Assembly (NCBI GenBank): GCA_002505455.1 | Contig: DAVB01000055.1 | Span: forward strand, 11,710-75,709 | Direction of reading: 5' to 3' | DNA: 64,000 bases | Origin: Euryarchaeota archaeon UBA52 | GTDB taxonomy: Archaea; Thermoplasmatota; Poseidoniia; Poseidoniales; Thalassarchaeaceae | In this document: piece after piece, positions 17,131 to 26,384 of the stretch | How the letters are laid out: the number at the start of each line of letters is the position of its first letter | How positions within the stretch are numbered: the stretch's first letter is position 1 | The notes under the pieces: model-generated | Seen by the model: the letters and a program-made list of their open reading frames with translations, nothing else | Told to the model about the DNA's origin: nothing | Database searches by the model: none | Translations under genes and position numbers: made by a program

Positions 17131-17718
17131 ATGACCGGTGTCGTCATTAGCCCACCCGATACGATTACCGTCATGAGTGGCCCATATGAGCGAGAATTGC
17201 GATCTGTCTTGGCCGGCGAGAAAAAGGGCGTAATCGCGATTACGAGATCGTGTAATGAGGTCGAGAGGGCTAGGGCCATGCAAGTATGCGAGAGGCCATT
17301 TCTGGTTGTTAGAGCGCCGGGCAGTGGTTCTGAGGGCACTGGAGATTTACTAGTTCTGAGAGGAGATGTTTGCTTTCCAATAGAGGTTAAATCATCCAAA
17401 GTTAGTAAAATATACCTTTCAGGTAGAACGATGACACAATACGAAGCATTTCAGGAAACTGGTGAGCGATGTGGTCTTTTACCGCTTTATGCCTTCAGGT
17501 TGAAGGGTGTTAGAGGGGATAGTTGGAGGATTTTTTCCGTTCCCGTGGAAGGACTGAGAGGGAAAATGAGAATGATAGCAGATCGCGTGCCAGAACTTCC
17601 CCTAACACGAAATGGGGCCCCTCATCTTGACTGGGACAAGGGAATGCCGCTGAACGGGTTCATAGCAATGATTTGTCGTTCAGACGGTTCCAGGCCAGCT
17701 TTAGGAATCAATCTGTGA
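17131..17718 (+). CDS. hjc: Holliday junction resolvase Hjc (archaeal), with ~50-aa C-terminal extension. The alternative start at Met 17173 (MSGPYERE) is more likely.
   Basis: ERELRSVL...VVRAPGSGSEGTGDLLVLRGDVCFPIEVKSSK...IYLSGRTMTQYEAFQETGERCGLLPLYAFRL...WRIFSV parallels Pyrococcus Hjc (ERELIKLLE..VVRSAGSKKVDLVAG...CIEVKVTKKD.LYV....L.EFS..FGG.PVLAVKF..GWRF). Confidence 0.75.
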   Translation: MTGVVISPPDTITVMSGPYERELRSVLAGEKKGVIAITRSCNEVERARAMQVCERPFLVVRAPGSGSEGTGDLLVLRGDVCFPIEVKSSKVSKIYLSGRTMTQYEAFQETGERCGLLPLYAFRLKGVRGDSWRIFSVPVEGLRGKMRMIADRVPELPLTRNGAPHLDWDKGMPLNGFIAMICRSDGSRPALGINL

Positions 17719-17953
17719 GCTCCTTCTCAATTGCTTCTATGATCTTCTTCGTCTCATCGATTTCAGATTTTGATGTGTCGAGATCTATTCTTTCCAGCCT
17801 GGCCGATACAGCATCTCGCTCTTTTTTGATACGGCTCAAAATTCTCTTTGCACGCTTGCCGTCGCCATCCATGATGCTGCTCCAGTGAGCATGGACTTGG
17901 GTGTTCCTATCAACACGACATATTGAAGCAGGAGTCCATTCGCAGGAAACCAT
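17708..17953 (-). CDS. Small hypothetical coiled-coil protein (likely ~54 aa from the internal Met MDGDGKRAKRIL...)
   Basis: ORF lying between hjc and the S2P gene on the opposite strand, with a K/E/R-rich helical sequence. No family recognised; may be spurious. Confidence 0.25.
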   Translation of the reverse strand: MVSCEWTPASICRVDRNTQVHAHWSSIMDGDGKRAKRILSRIKKERDAVSARLERIDLDTSKSEIDETKKIIEAIEKELTD

Positions 17954-19451
17954 GGAGAATCAGCCGATAGGGGCGAATCAAATTCTCTTGTTGCTTGGAA
18001 TAGCCCTGCTTACGTTAAACGGGGTGTTCTCCATTTTGGTAGGATTTATGCTCTCAATGTGGTATATAGGAATCATTCTTCTGGAGTATCGAGGTGTCTT
18101 GGATAAATGGAACTCGACCAGAGTGCTCGGGCTGATACTTATGATCAGGACCAGTCGTGGGAAAAGGGCAGCCGAATGGATTGCTCGTCCTAGACGTCTT
18201 TGGCGAATATTTGGAGAGGCGTCCATATGGCTCTGCTTCGGTGTGATGATTCTACTAATTCTCGGGATCATAGCGAGTGCTATTGAAACTGCAAGGGCTC
18301 CGGCTGAACAGCAAGTTCTCCCTGCCACGGACATACTTTTCATCCCGGGAGTGACGAGTTTCGTACCAATATTCTGGCCCATTCTAGCACTTATCGTGAC
18401 AGTAGTGATTCACGAATATGGACATGGACTGCAAGCGAGAGCTCATGGGATGCGAATCCGGAGTTTCGGGGTACTTATCGCAGGGATCATTCCAGTGGGG
18501 GCGTTTTACGAGCCTGAGCAGGAGGAAATTCGAATCGCGCCTTCGCGAGAAAGGCTCAGGCTATTCGCGGCTGGACCATCTATCAATATCGTTCTGACGT
18601 ACATTCTAGTCGTCTTATTGGCTGGTGCATCACACGGCTTGGTAGCGACTGAGAAGGGTGTTTATGCAGTGGGTATCGTAGAGGGCTCGGGGGCTGAGGA
18701 AGCAGGTCTTCTGCCATATGAGCTAATCATGCAAGTTGATGATATTGCTCTTGAGAATCCTGAAGATCTGACCAACGTACTCAATGCGCGCGTCGCAGGA
18801 GACACGATTCTTCTGACTGTCGGGACCAATCCGTTCTATGGGCCGATGGAAACCAGAACGGTGGAAGCAACACTCACGGACAAGAAAGCCTACTATTACG
18901 AATTGTGCGGGGGAGATTCTGAATGCAAATCTAACGTTGACGACGCGGGGATAGATGATGGCGAAGGTTTTCTCGGAGTCAGCGGCATAAGATCAGCAGA
19001 TAGTGCCGCTCGGGTGTATGGGCTTCCATTTGAGGATGGGCTCACCATAGGACAACGCGCAGTTTTGGTGGCCTTGTCGCCCCTGCTATTTGGAGCGGTT
19101 CCGATTCAAAACCAGGGACAGACAATGGTGCTGCAAGAAAGAGCGTTCCTGAGTGCCGGGGAAGGTCTGGTTCCATCTATCCTCGGAACTGTTGGCATGT
19201 TAGGTCTCTTCGACTTCCTATTCTGGATAATGTGGATTAGTTTCCTACTAGGTGTTGCGAATCTGATACCCCTGATACCTTTTGATGGAGGCCACATGGT
19301 TAGAGATGCAGGGCATATAGTGGCAAGGAGGGTTATGCGTGGTTCGAACCCCTTGAAGATTGAACGTCTTGCTGATAGATTGAGTGGTTACAGCAGTCTA
19401 TTCGTCCTCGCCTTGGTCATGATCCCCATCATCCTGCCCAGATTCTTCTAG
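17952..19451 (+). CDS. Site-2 protease family (M50) membrane metalloprotease with PDZ domain
   Basis: HExxH zinc motif VIHEYGHGLQA inside a TM helix. PDZ-like segment GIVEGSGAEEAGLLPYELIMQVDDIALENPEDLTNVLNA. Multiple TM helices. The start is moved to the internal Met MENQPIG; the ORF track starts at 17901. Confidence 0.8.
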   Translation: MENQPIGANQILLLLGIALLTLNGVFSILVGFMLSMWYIGIILLEYRGVLDKWNSTRVLGLILMIRTSRGKRAAEWIARPRRLWRIFGEASIWLCFGVMILLILGIIASAIETARAPAEQQVLPATDILFIPGVTSFVPIFWPILALIVTVVIHEYGHGLQARAHGMRIRSFGVLIAGIIPVGAFYEPEQEEIRIAPSRERLRLFAAGPSINIVLTYILVVLLAGASHGLVATEKGVYAVGIVEGSGAEEAGLLPYELIMQVDDIALENPEDLTNVLNARVAGDTILLTVGTNPFYGPMETRTVEATLTDKKAYYYELCGGDSECKSNVDDAGIDDGEGFLGVSGIRSADSAARVYGLPFEDGLTIGQRAVLVALSPLLFGAVPIQNQGQTMVLQERAFLSAGEGLVPSILGTVGMLGLFDFLFWIMWISFLLGVANLIPLIPFDGGHMVRDAGHIVARRVMRGSNPLKIERLADRLSGYSSLFVLALVMIPIILPRFF

Positions 19452-20261
19452 ATCGTTTCTAAATGAATCTATTATGAGCGGTGCAGCGATTATTCCGCCT
19501 ACCACTAATGCAAGTTTGATCCAACTAGATGACGGTACTGCAGGCCACGCTCCCGTCGTTAGAAGCTTTATCGATCCAAGCCAGGGAATTTCAGTCGAGG
19601 CAATACCGATAACCCACTCGTCCTTAACAGCAAGTACGGGATTACCATCCTCGTCCTTGAGTCCTTGACTCATTATGTACTGGTCCGAGGCGTCTCTATC
19701 TGTGGCTCTGAGTTGATCTATCCTGCATCCATTCGATTTCTCATTATCTCCTGTTGTGAGGTAACCCTCATGGCTGGGTATCCATCGGTCGATCCTCAAA
19801 TTTCCGCCATGGGGATAGCATTCGTATTGAAGGGTGAGGGATATTTCCTCCACGCCTCTTAGGTCTGTGCCGGGTACGTCCCATCCCCCAGATTCATTTT
19901 GAGTTGCCTTGAGTATGGCTCTATGAATCACAGGAGTGTCGCTCCCGCCATTCTTCTTGTAGATGATAACGTCGCCGGGCATACCATGACTTTCATACCC
20001 CTGATGGGGATTGCCCTCCTGAATTGACTCTGCGAATGTAATGATATGTTCTGCTCTTTCTGGGGCGGTGACCAAGATGAGGTCTCCGGCATCTATTGCC
20101 CCTATCTCACCATCCTCTGAATGGATCATTGAATTGCTCTCGACCACTACGAGAGGGGGCCATGATCCGGTGAAGGCCCACAGACCGGACAATATGATGA
20201 CGACCAATGAGATCGATATCATTGCCTCCCTGATTATGGAAGATGTCATCTTAATCCACAT
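19398..20261 (-). CDS. Type I signal peptidase (S26B, archaeal/Sec11-like) with C-terminal TM and acidic tail
   Basis: N-terminal TM, then the VVVESNSMIH serine box (compare SGSMEP), GDLILV and the VIHRAI histidine box. C-terminal hydrophobic segment and DDGDHDQGEDE tail. The 3' end overlaps the S2P gene by 54 nt (convergent). Confidence 0.7.
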   Translation of the reverse strand: MWIKMTSSIIREAMISISLVVIILSGLWAFTGSWPPLVVVESNSMIHSEDGEIGAIDAGDLILVTAPERAEHIITFAESIQEGNPHQGYESHGMPGDVIIYKKNGGSDTPVIHRAILKATQNESGGWDVPGTDLRGVEEISLTLQYECYPHGGNLRIDRWIPSHEGYLTTGDNEKSNGCRIDQLRATDRDASDQYIMSQGLKDEDGNPVLAVKDEWVIGIASTEIPWLGSIKLLTTGAWPAVPSSSWIKLALVVGGIIAAPLIIDSFRNDLEESGQDDGDHDQGEDE

Positions 20262-21003
20262 CCTCTTCGATGGACTTGGCGGGGGTTGTCATCCACAATA
20301 ACATCGTAAGTGCGAGTGCGATTACCGCACTAACAGGATCAATGTGCGGCGGAGGGTGACTTTGTACCGGGTTCCCGATGATCATATCATTAAGTGAACG
20401 AGAAGAGGCGTCAAGACCACCGAATAACGATTCAAACGCTATGATCGCGAGGAAAAAGGATGTGATGGAGATTAGCGCTCTGTGTATTTCCACTTTCTCA
20501 AGAGCGCTCAGCCGAGGGAGCATAACTGAGATCTTGGAACGTGGATTAGACCACCATGACATTGACTTTGTGCTATTTGTTGGGCGTTCACTCCATCTAC
20601 GATTCGGTTTAATCTCAAGATCACGGTAAACATCCAGTAATCTAGATCTATATCCTGCTCCAAGAGCCTCCGCCGCATCCTCAGCCTCTTTCCTACGCCT
20701 GATTACTTCAGTCCTGGAATCCAATGCACAGATCTCTTCGAACGTGTCTCTCAATGAGAGGTAGGCGAAAAACTCAGGGAGCAGAAAGAAGCATCCTGTT
20801 CCACCGATGATGAGGCACATCCAACTGAACGGAACCAATGATGATGTTGCTGGGTCAGTGGCCCCTCCCAGCATCAGGAATAGAAGACCCCAGCCCGTAG
20901 CACCCGCAAATAAGATCGATGTGTAGGCTGTAACGGGGTAGTGTATGTCAGGATTGGCCCTCCACCATCTTCGGATCCTCTGCGTCGGCGATAGTCGGGC
21001 CAC
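20251..21003 (-). CDS. Hypothetical membrane protein (2+2 TM with central charged cytoplasmic region), probably co-transcribed with signal peptidase (11-nt overlap)
   Basis: Hydrophobic helices at residues ~25-50, 55-80, ~175-195 and ~215-235. No family motif recognised. Confidence 0.4.
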   Translation of the reverse strand: MARLSPTQRIRRWWRANPDIHYPVTAYTSILFAGATGWGLLFLMLGGATDPATSSLVPFSWMCLIIGGTGCFFLLPEFFAYLSLRDTFEEICALDSRTEVIRRRKEAEDAAEALGAGYRSRLLDVYRDLEIKPNRRWSERPTNSTKSMSWWSNPRSKISVMLPRLSALEKVEIHRALISITSFFLAIIAFESLFGGLDASSRSLNDMIIGNPVQSHPPPHIDPVSAVIALALTMLLWMTTPAKSIEEDVD

Positions 21004-21020
21004 GTCAATGGGCAGAGCGA

Positions 21021-24000
21021 TTGGGATTAGGGCCTTCCGGGGTTTCGAGTCTGACGAAGAGGGCTTTTTTGCCTAGTCTCCAGCGACTGGGCATGGGAGG
21101 CAGGGGCATCGGGCTCGAACCTCGAGTGTCAGCCCTACTTCGAGGGCTGGATTGGGATCCGACTCCGATTCAGAGAGAGGGCGAGGGAGTCCTGCTCTCG
21201 GGCAAAGATGCTCTGCTAGTGGCTCCCACCGGCAGCGGGAAGACGGAGGCTGCGGTGATACCTCTCGTTTCCAGAACCCTGGAGCATGACTGGGAGCCTC
21301 TATCCATACTCTACATAACACCCCTAAGGGCGCTGAACAGAGACATGGATCAGCGACTTGGTCCGTTCCTCGAACCTCTGGGGCTCGACGTTTCATTGAG
21401 GCATGGCGATACGAGTAAATCAGAACGCGCCAGACAATCTAAGAATCCACCGCATTTGCTGATCACGACTCCTGAAACTGCTCAAATTATGCTGCTTGGT
21501 TCAAGGTTACGCAAACATCTTGCGAAGGTTCGTGCGATAGTTATCGACGAAGTTCACAATTTAGCCGGATCCGAGCGTGGTTCGCAACTTCTCGTTGGGA
21601 TTGAGAGAATTCGTGCATTGGCAAGAAGGGACGTCCAAATTGTAGGGCTATCAGCGACAATAGGAAACCCGGAGGAAGTAGCAAAATGGTTCTCGAAAGA
21701 TGCTGTTGTTGTCAGGGGGCCGTCCCCGAGGACTACTGAGGTACGCGTGCATGTTGAGCAATCAACGCCTGAGGATGAGGCGTTGGCTGTACCTTGGAAT
21801 GTATCTCCGAGGGCGATATCCTCCCTGAGGAGGCTGTCTCGTCTTATCGGAGAGTCGTCTCCGGCTCTTGTCTTCGTAAACTCAAGATCGAATTCGGAGA
21901 CAGTTGCACAGAGGATGCTCAAGATTGCTCCCGAAGTCGAAATCGGGGTCCATCATGGCAGTCTCGCAGCAGATTCCAGGAAAGAAGTCGAGGGCGCATT
22001 GAAAGAAGGACGGATTGATGCCATGATCTGTACATCAAGTCTCGAGCTTGGGATAGACGTTGGTTCGATACGTGCTGTTCATCAGTTACAATCCCCGAGG
22101 AGCGTCGACAGCTTACTACAACGAATTGGAAGGTCCGACCACAGGGTTGGAGGGACTGGTAGGGGTGAGGTTCTCGTATGGGAAGATGATGATGTTGCAG
22201 AATCAGCAGTCATAGCCAGGAGAGCCCTGGAAGGAGAGATTCCAGATGTAGAATGGCGTACTGACCCAGCGATAGTTGCTGCTAACCAGCTTATGCAGAT
22301 GGCAATGCAAGAAAGTGTCGTATCAATCGAGGAGGCGCATGCAATACTGACTTCTGCATCGATATTCCAAAAATGGGACCTTCAAGATACTCTTGATACT
22401 CTGAGAGTATTGGACAATCGGTGGCTTCTGAAATTATTCAATGATCCTGCAGAGTCAGACATCATTTCCTGGAGCCCGAAGATATGGGAAGCAGTTTCTT
22501 CAGGTCTTGAAGATGAATCGATACCGAGCACTAGGCCCTCATCATCCGATACAGAACCCGCAGAGATTGAGAAATGGAAGAAAATCATGATTCCGAGGCT
22601 TCCAAAGAAGATTTCCAAGGGCTGGTTCCAACCAGCTGGGAAGCTAATGTCGACAAGGACTCAGCATTACTCGATGATTCCTGATGAGTCGTTATACAGA
22701 ATACGTGATGTTGTAAGCAGGAGGGTTCTGGGGACAGTGGACGAGTCATTCGTTCTATCTCTTAGCTCCGATGGGAGCGAGGATGGGGGCGGGAGACCCA
22801 GAACATTCGTCATGGCTGGCAGAACTTGGCAGATTATCGATGCAGACCCTGAGCAAAATGAGCTTACTGTTGCTCCTATCTCGGAGATTGGCAACGCGCC
22901 GGTATGGTCCGGAGAGTTGCCGCCAGTACCAAGAGAAGTTGCTGAAGAGGTGGGTCAGCTCAGAAGGAGCATCGCTGAAATGACCGGTTCTTTAGAAGAG
23001 CGGGGTAGCATCATCCCCTTCGATAGATACCCTCTCTCAAATGAGGCTGCTTCGGGTTACATACAGTCTGTAATGGATCATCTTGACTCCACAGGACACA
23101 TCCCGGACGACCTCAAGCTAACTCTCGAGGTTAGAGAGCACGCGATCGTATTGAATTGCTGTAGAGGTTCCAAGATCAATGAGACTCTGGCGCATTTCAT
23201 CCAAGCGATGGGGTCGGCACTCGGAGGGTCCACAGGAATGGCTGTGGTTGATCCCTACCGGATATCATTCAAGATACCTAAAGTGGATGCAGGTCATATC
23301 GAAGAATGGTTGAGGGGGACCTCTCCGTCTGCTCTTGAAGCGATTCTAAGGATGACTATCCCGAACGGTAGAGCGATTAGGGCCAGATTCGTACAGGTCG
23401 CTCGGAGATTTGGGGTATTGAGAAAAGATGTTGACCCCAGAAGGGTGAATATCGAAGGCATGATGAAGCGATATTCAGGCACGCCAGTAGTTGAGGAAAC
23501 TCTGTCCAAATTGTTCTATGAGAGAATGGACATAGAAGGGACAATGGATCTAATTTCAGATATACAGGATGGTCGTGTTTCTGTTGTTGTTACAGGGCCG
23601 GGCCCCCTTGGCCAGTCCCCTCGTTCTGAGCGAGACATGTTACTCCCCGCCTGGAGCGATAAGGATCTGCGCGAACGTCTCGAAACGAGGCTTCTTTCAG
23701 AGCGATGTGTCCTGATATGCATCAACTGCTCATCCATCGAGAGGAAACGTGTCGGACGTCTTGAGAATGGGATGGATGATTGTTCGGTGTGTGGTGGCGG
23801 AATGAGGTGTTGCGCCCCAGAAAGATTGGAAAGTATGCTGTCTGGATGGGTCTCCAGTCGAGATCCTAAAGATCGCGGCCGGGTTCAGAAAAACGCCGAA
23901 TTGCTGCGCAATCATGGATTCGAGGCGATCATGTGCCTCATGGCCAGAGGGGTGGGGGAGGAAACTGCCACGCGTATTCTAAGATCGCATGCTGGCAAAA

Positions 24001-24074
24001 CCCGTACTGAACTTTTGAGATCGATTCACAACGCTGAGATCGAATACGCTCGTACCAGACGATACTGGTCTTGA
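21021..24074 (+). CDS. lhr: Lhr-type large superfamily-2 helicase with C-terminal Zn-ribbon-containing domain
   Basis: Helicase motifs Q (PTPIQREG), I (APTGSGKTEAA), II (DEVHNL), III (SATIGNP) and VI (QRIGRSDHR). Lhr-like length of 1017 aa. C-terminal CINCSSIERKRVGRLENGMDDCSVCGGGMRCC. Confidence 0.9.
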   Translation: MGLGPSGVSSLTKRAFLPSLQRLGMGGRGIGLEPRVSALLRGLDWDPTPIQREGEGVLLSGKDALLVAPTGSGKTEAAVIPLVSRTLEHDWEPLSILYITPLRALNRDMDQRLGPFLEPLGLDVSLRHGDTSKSERARQSKNPPHLLITTPETAQIMLLGSRLRKHLAKVRAIVIDEVHNLAGSERGSQLLVGIERIRALARRDVQIVGLSATIGNPEEVAKWFSKDAVVVRGPSPRTTEVRVHVEQSTPEDEALAVPWNVSPRAISSLRRLSRLIGESSPALVFVNSRSNSETVAQRMLKIAPEVEIGVHHGSLAADSRKEVEGALKEGRIDAMICTSSLELGIDVGSIRAVHQLQSPRSVDSLLQRIGRSDHRVGGTGRGEVLVWEDDDVAESAVIARRALEGEIPDVEWRTDPAIVAANQLMQMAMQESVVSIEEAHAILTSASIFQKWDLQDTLDTLRVLDNRWLLKLFNDPAESDIISWSPKIWEAVSSGLEDESIPSTRPSSSDTEPAEIEKWKKIMIPRLPKKISKGWFQPAGKLMSTRTQHYSMIPDESLYRIRDVVSRRVLGTVDESFVLSLSSDGSEDGGGRPRTFVMAGRTWQIIDADPEQNELTVAPISEIGNAPVWSGELPPVPREVAEEVGQLRRSIAEMTGSLEERGSIIPFDRYPLSNEAASGYIQSVMDHLDSTGHIPDDLKLTLEVREHAIVLNCCRGSKINETLAHFIQAMGSALGGSTGMAVVDPYRISFKIPKVDAGHIEEWLRGTSPSALEAILRMTIPNGRAIRARFVQVARRFGVLRKDVDPRRVNIEGMMKRYSGTPVVEETLSKLFYERMDIEGTMDLISDIQDGRVSVVVTGPGPLGQSPRSERDMLLPAWSDKDLRERLETRLLSERCVLICINCSSIERKRVGRLENGMDDCSVCGGGMRCCAPERLESMLSGWVSSRDPKDRGRVQKNAELLRNHGFEAIMCLMARGVGEETATRILRSHAGKTRTELLRSIHNAEIEYARTRRYWS

Positions 24075-24095
24075 CGCAATCGCTATCCGGTTGAT

Positions 24096-24653
24096 ATGGG
24101 TCCGAGGAGCATGTTGATTGGCCTCACAGGAAGGAATGCGTCTGGCAAGACCACTGTGGTTGAATGGTTCTCTGAACGTGGATTTGTATCTGAATCATGC
24201 TCAGATTCGATTAGAACGTGGTTGGCGGAAAGGGGTGTAGAGGCAACCAGGGAGAATCTCATCGAGGGCGGAAGAGAACTTCGTAGGCAAGGTGGCGGAG
24301 GCATTCTGGCTGAAATGCTTCTTGAGCGTCTCAACGGGAGAGATGCCGTCATCGATTCAATACGTACTCCGGCTGAGGTGGACGCCCTCCGTAAGAGAGA
24401 GGACTTCGTATTGATCGAGGTTGTAGCCGATCCGAGAATACGATGGGCTAGAGCGGCGGCTAGATCGAGACCCGGCGATCCCTCCAGTGAAGCGGAGTTC
24501 ATGGAGTCGGAAGAAAGAGAGTTGGAAGCCACCGACCATGCCGGTCAAGCCCTCATTGCAACCGCGGCTATGGCTGATTTCAAAATCGAGAATGATGGAG
24601 ATTTAGGGGCTTTGGGGAGCAGATTGAATCAGATCATGTCCGATATCTCATGA
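24096..24653 (+). CDS. P-loop nucleoside/nucleotide kinase-like protein (dephospho-CoA kinase-like / AAA_18-type)
   Basis: Walker A IGLTGRNASGKTTV near the N-terminus. Short 185-aa kinase-like layout with DSIR...LI..V lid-like regions. Family assignment is approximate. Confidence 0.5.
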   Translation: MGPRSMLIGLTGRNASGKTTVVEWFSERGFVSESCSDSIRTWLAERGVEATRENLIEGGRELRRQGGGGILAEMLLERLNGRDAVIDSIRTPAEVDALRKREDFVLIEVVADPRIRWARAAARSRPGDPSSEAEFMESEERELEATDHAGQALIATAAMADFKIENDGDLGALGSRLNQIMSDIS

Positions 24654-25091
24654 TTGAGCGGTTCTGATAGCCACCCCAGACTCTCGCAATAAAGCCATGG
24701 AACGCTCGAAATCTTCCTTCCAACGGCCTGGAATCTCAAGACCGGCGGGGATGACGACTTCGGATACGCCAGCTTGAATTAGGCTCCTTGCGCATCGGGT
24801 ACATGGAGGCCAAGTCACATAGGCAGTACACCCCTTAAGAGCGAGGCCGATCCTTGCTGCATGCATGATCGCATTCTCTTCAGCGTGGCATATCAGCGGA
24901 TACTTGAGTTCCCTGTCCGATAATCTCTCGTCCGTGTCAGCGATACCACGCGGAAACCCATTGAAGCCAGTCGATCTGATCTCTCTGTCTGGACCGACCA
25001 CGACGCATCCGACCTTGGTCGAAGGGTCCTTGCTCCAGTTCGCTATATGGGTTGCAAGACTTAGGAAACGTCCGTCCCACTTCTCACTCAT
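24648..25091 (-). CDS. dCMP / cytidylate deaminase family zinc enzyme
   Basis: Zinc-binding motifs HAEENAIMHAAR and PCTRCARSLIQAGV (H-A-E ... P-C-x2-C). 147 aa. Confidence 0.8.
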   Translation of the reverse strand: MSEKWDGRFLSLATHIANWSKDPSTKVGCVVVGPDREIRSTGFNGFPRGIADTDERLSDRELKYPLICHAEENAIMHAARIGLALKGCTAYVTWPPCTRCARSLIQAGVSEVVIPAGLEIPGRWKEDFERSMALLRESGVAIRTAQS

Positions 25092-25114
25092 ACCCCTGCC
25101 TCATGCTGTCTTAG

Positions 25115-26365
25115 TCAAGAGGGTTGCCGAGGAGGGTGCACCAACAAGGCATCGGATAGATCGTGTTTCAGAGGGTTTAGCACGGACAGCACATCCCCGA
25201 CCAAATGTATGCTGCCCATGACAAGAAGTTCCGCATTTTGATCAGATGCGCGTTGGAAGGCCTCTTCGAATGCTGAAAGGACATCATTCGAAAATGAGTG
25301 ATTTATCACCGATCCGAAGATGTCTCCAATCTTTTGTGCAGAATGCGGGGGCAGTCTGCCATGCTCAGGTTCTGTGATGACTGCATGAATGATCATTCTT
25401 GATGTCTCATCATCTATCAAAGGTGCTAGAATCCCATCTAGATCATCCTTCTGTGTGAATCCGATCATAATCACAGCATCTCGATCCAGGCGAGAGGCCT
25501 CGTCACTGATTCCTTCCAAGTTGTGCGCTGCGCTCAGCCTCACAGCGACATTACCGGACATATGCACAGTTCCATCCCTTCCTGGCCATCTGATATCCAT
25601 TGGATCTTTTTTCCACCCCATGTGATGTCCGATCTTGGAAGCCATGTTGTACCATTTTTCCCAAGGTTTGTCAGTTGAATTGTCCCTATGCAGGAGGAAA
25701 TCATGACCGGTCAATCGGCGTACTTGTGATTCGATCTCCTCGTTGTCTGGATCGAACATCATGAGTGGAACTCCTGGACGATAGATTCCCGCTTTCTCCC
25801 TTGCAACGTCGACGAGTGTGGGGCCGAGAATGTCTAGATGGTCCTCCGAGATGGTTGTGATGGCGCAAAAATCAGCATTAACGCACCGAGTGGCATCGAG
25901 TCTGCCCCCCAATCCGGTCTCAATTATAGCCCTGCCAACTCCTGCTCTCATGAAAGAAAGTAGGGCGACTAGGAACGTCTTCTCATAGTACGTTACCTGA
26001 ATGGAAGGCGTCTCCTCGCTTGCCTTCCTGACAAGAGCTAGGCACTCATCGAACTCTTTCTCATCGATCGGCCTTCCATCGATCCTAGCACGCTCTTCGA
26101 CGTTCACCAGATGGGGCGAGGTGAACAGTCCGACTAAATTCCCAGAAGCAGCGGCTCTGGCAGCGAGATGTGCGCAGAGAGAGCCCTTGCCATTGGTTCC
26201 AGCTACATGGACCGATGGAAACGCGTCTTGGGGATTCGACAAACGTGCAAGCATCTGTCTGACATGAGTTAGCCCGAGCCTCATGCGCCGGCGCCCGGGG
26301 ACGGGAGCGAGCCATGCTCGAAGGTCTTCGTGAGTCCAGTGCGCCATGCATCGGGGACAAGCCAT
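25115..26365 (-). CDS. folC: Folylpolyglutamate synthase / dihydrofolate synthase (Mur ligase family)
   Basis: P-loop VAGTNGKGS, Mur-ligase middle-domain pattern, and FolC-like size and layout (416 aa). Confidence 0.75.
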   Translation of the reverse strand: MACPRCMAHWTHEDLRAWLAPVPGRRRMRLGLTHVRQMLARLSNPQDAFPSVHVAGTNGKGSLCAHLAARAAASGNLVGLFTSPHLVNVEERARIDGRPIDEKEFDECLALVRKASEETPSIQVTYYEKTFLVALLSFMRAGVGRAIIETGLGGRLDATRCVNADFCAITTISEDHLDILGPTLVDVAREKAGIYRPGVPLMMFDPDNEEIESQVRRLTGHDFLLHRDNSTDKPWEKWYNMASKIGHHMGWKKDPMDIRWPGRDGTVHMSGNVAVRLSAAHNLEGISDEASRLDRDAVIMIGFTQKDDLDGILAPLIDDETSRMIIHAVITEPEHGRLPPHSAQKIGDIFGSVINHSFSNDVLSAFEEAFQRASDQNAELLVMGSIHLVGDVLSVLNPLKHDLSDALLVHPPRQPS

Positions 26366-26384
26366 CTTGATATGAGCCTAGGCG

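Noticed and set aside
24083-24532. 149-aa minus-strand ORF antisense to the P-loop kinase gene
   Set aside because: Ser/Ala/Arg/Leu-rich antisense translation. The sense frame carries a clean Walker A and kinase-like layout.
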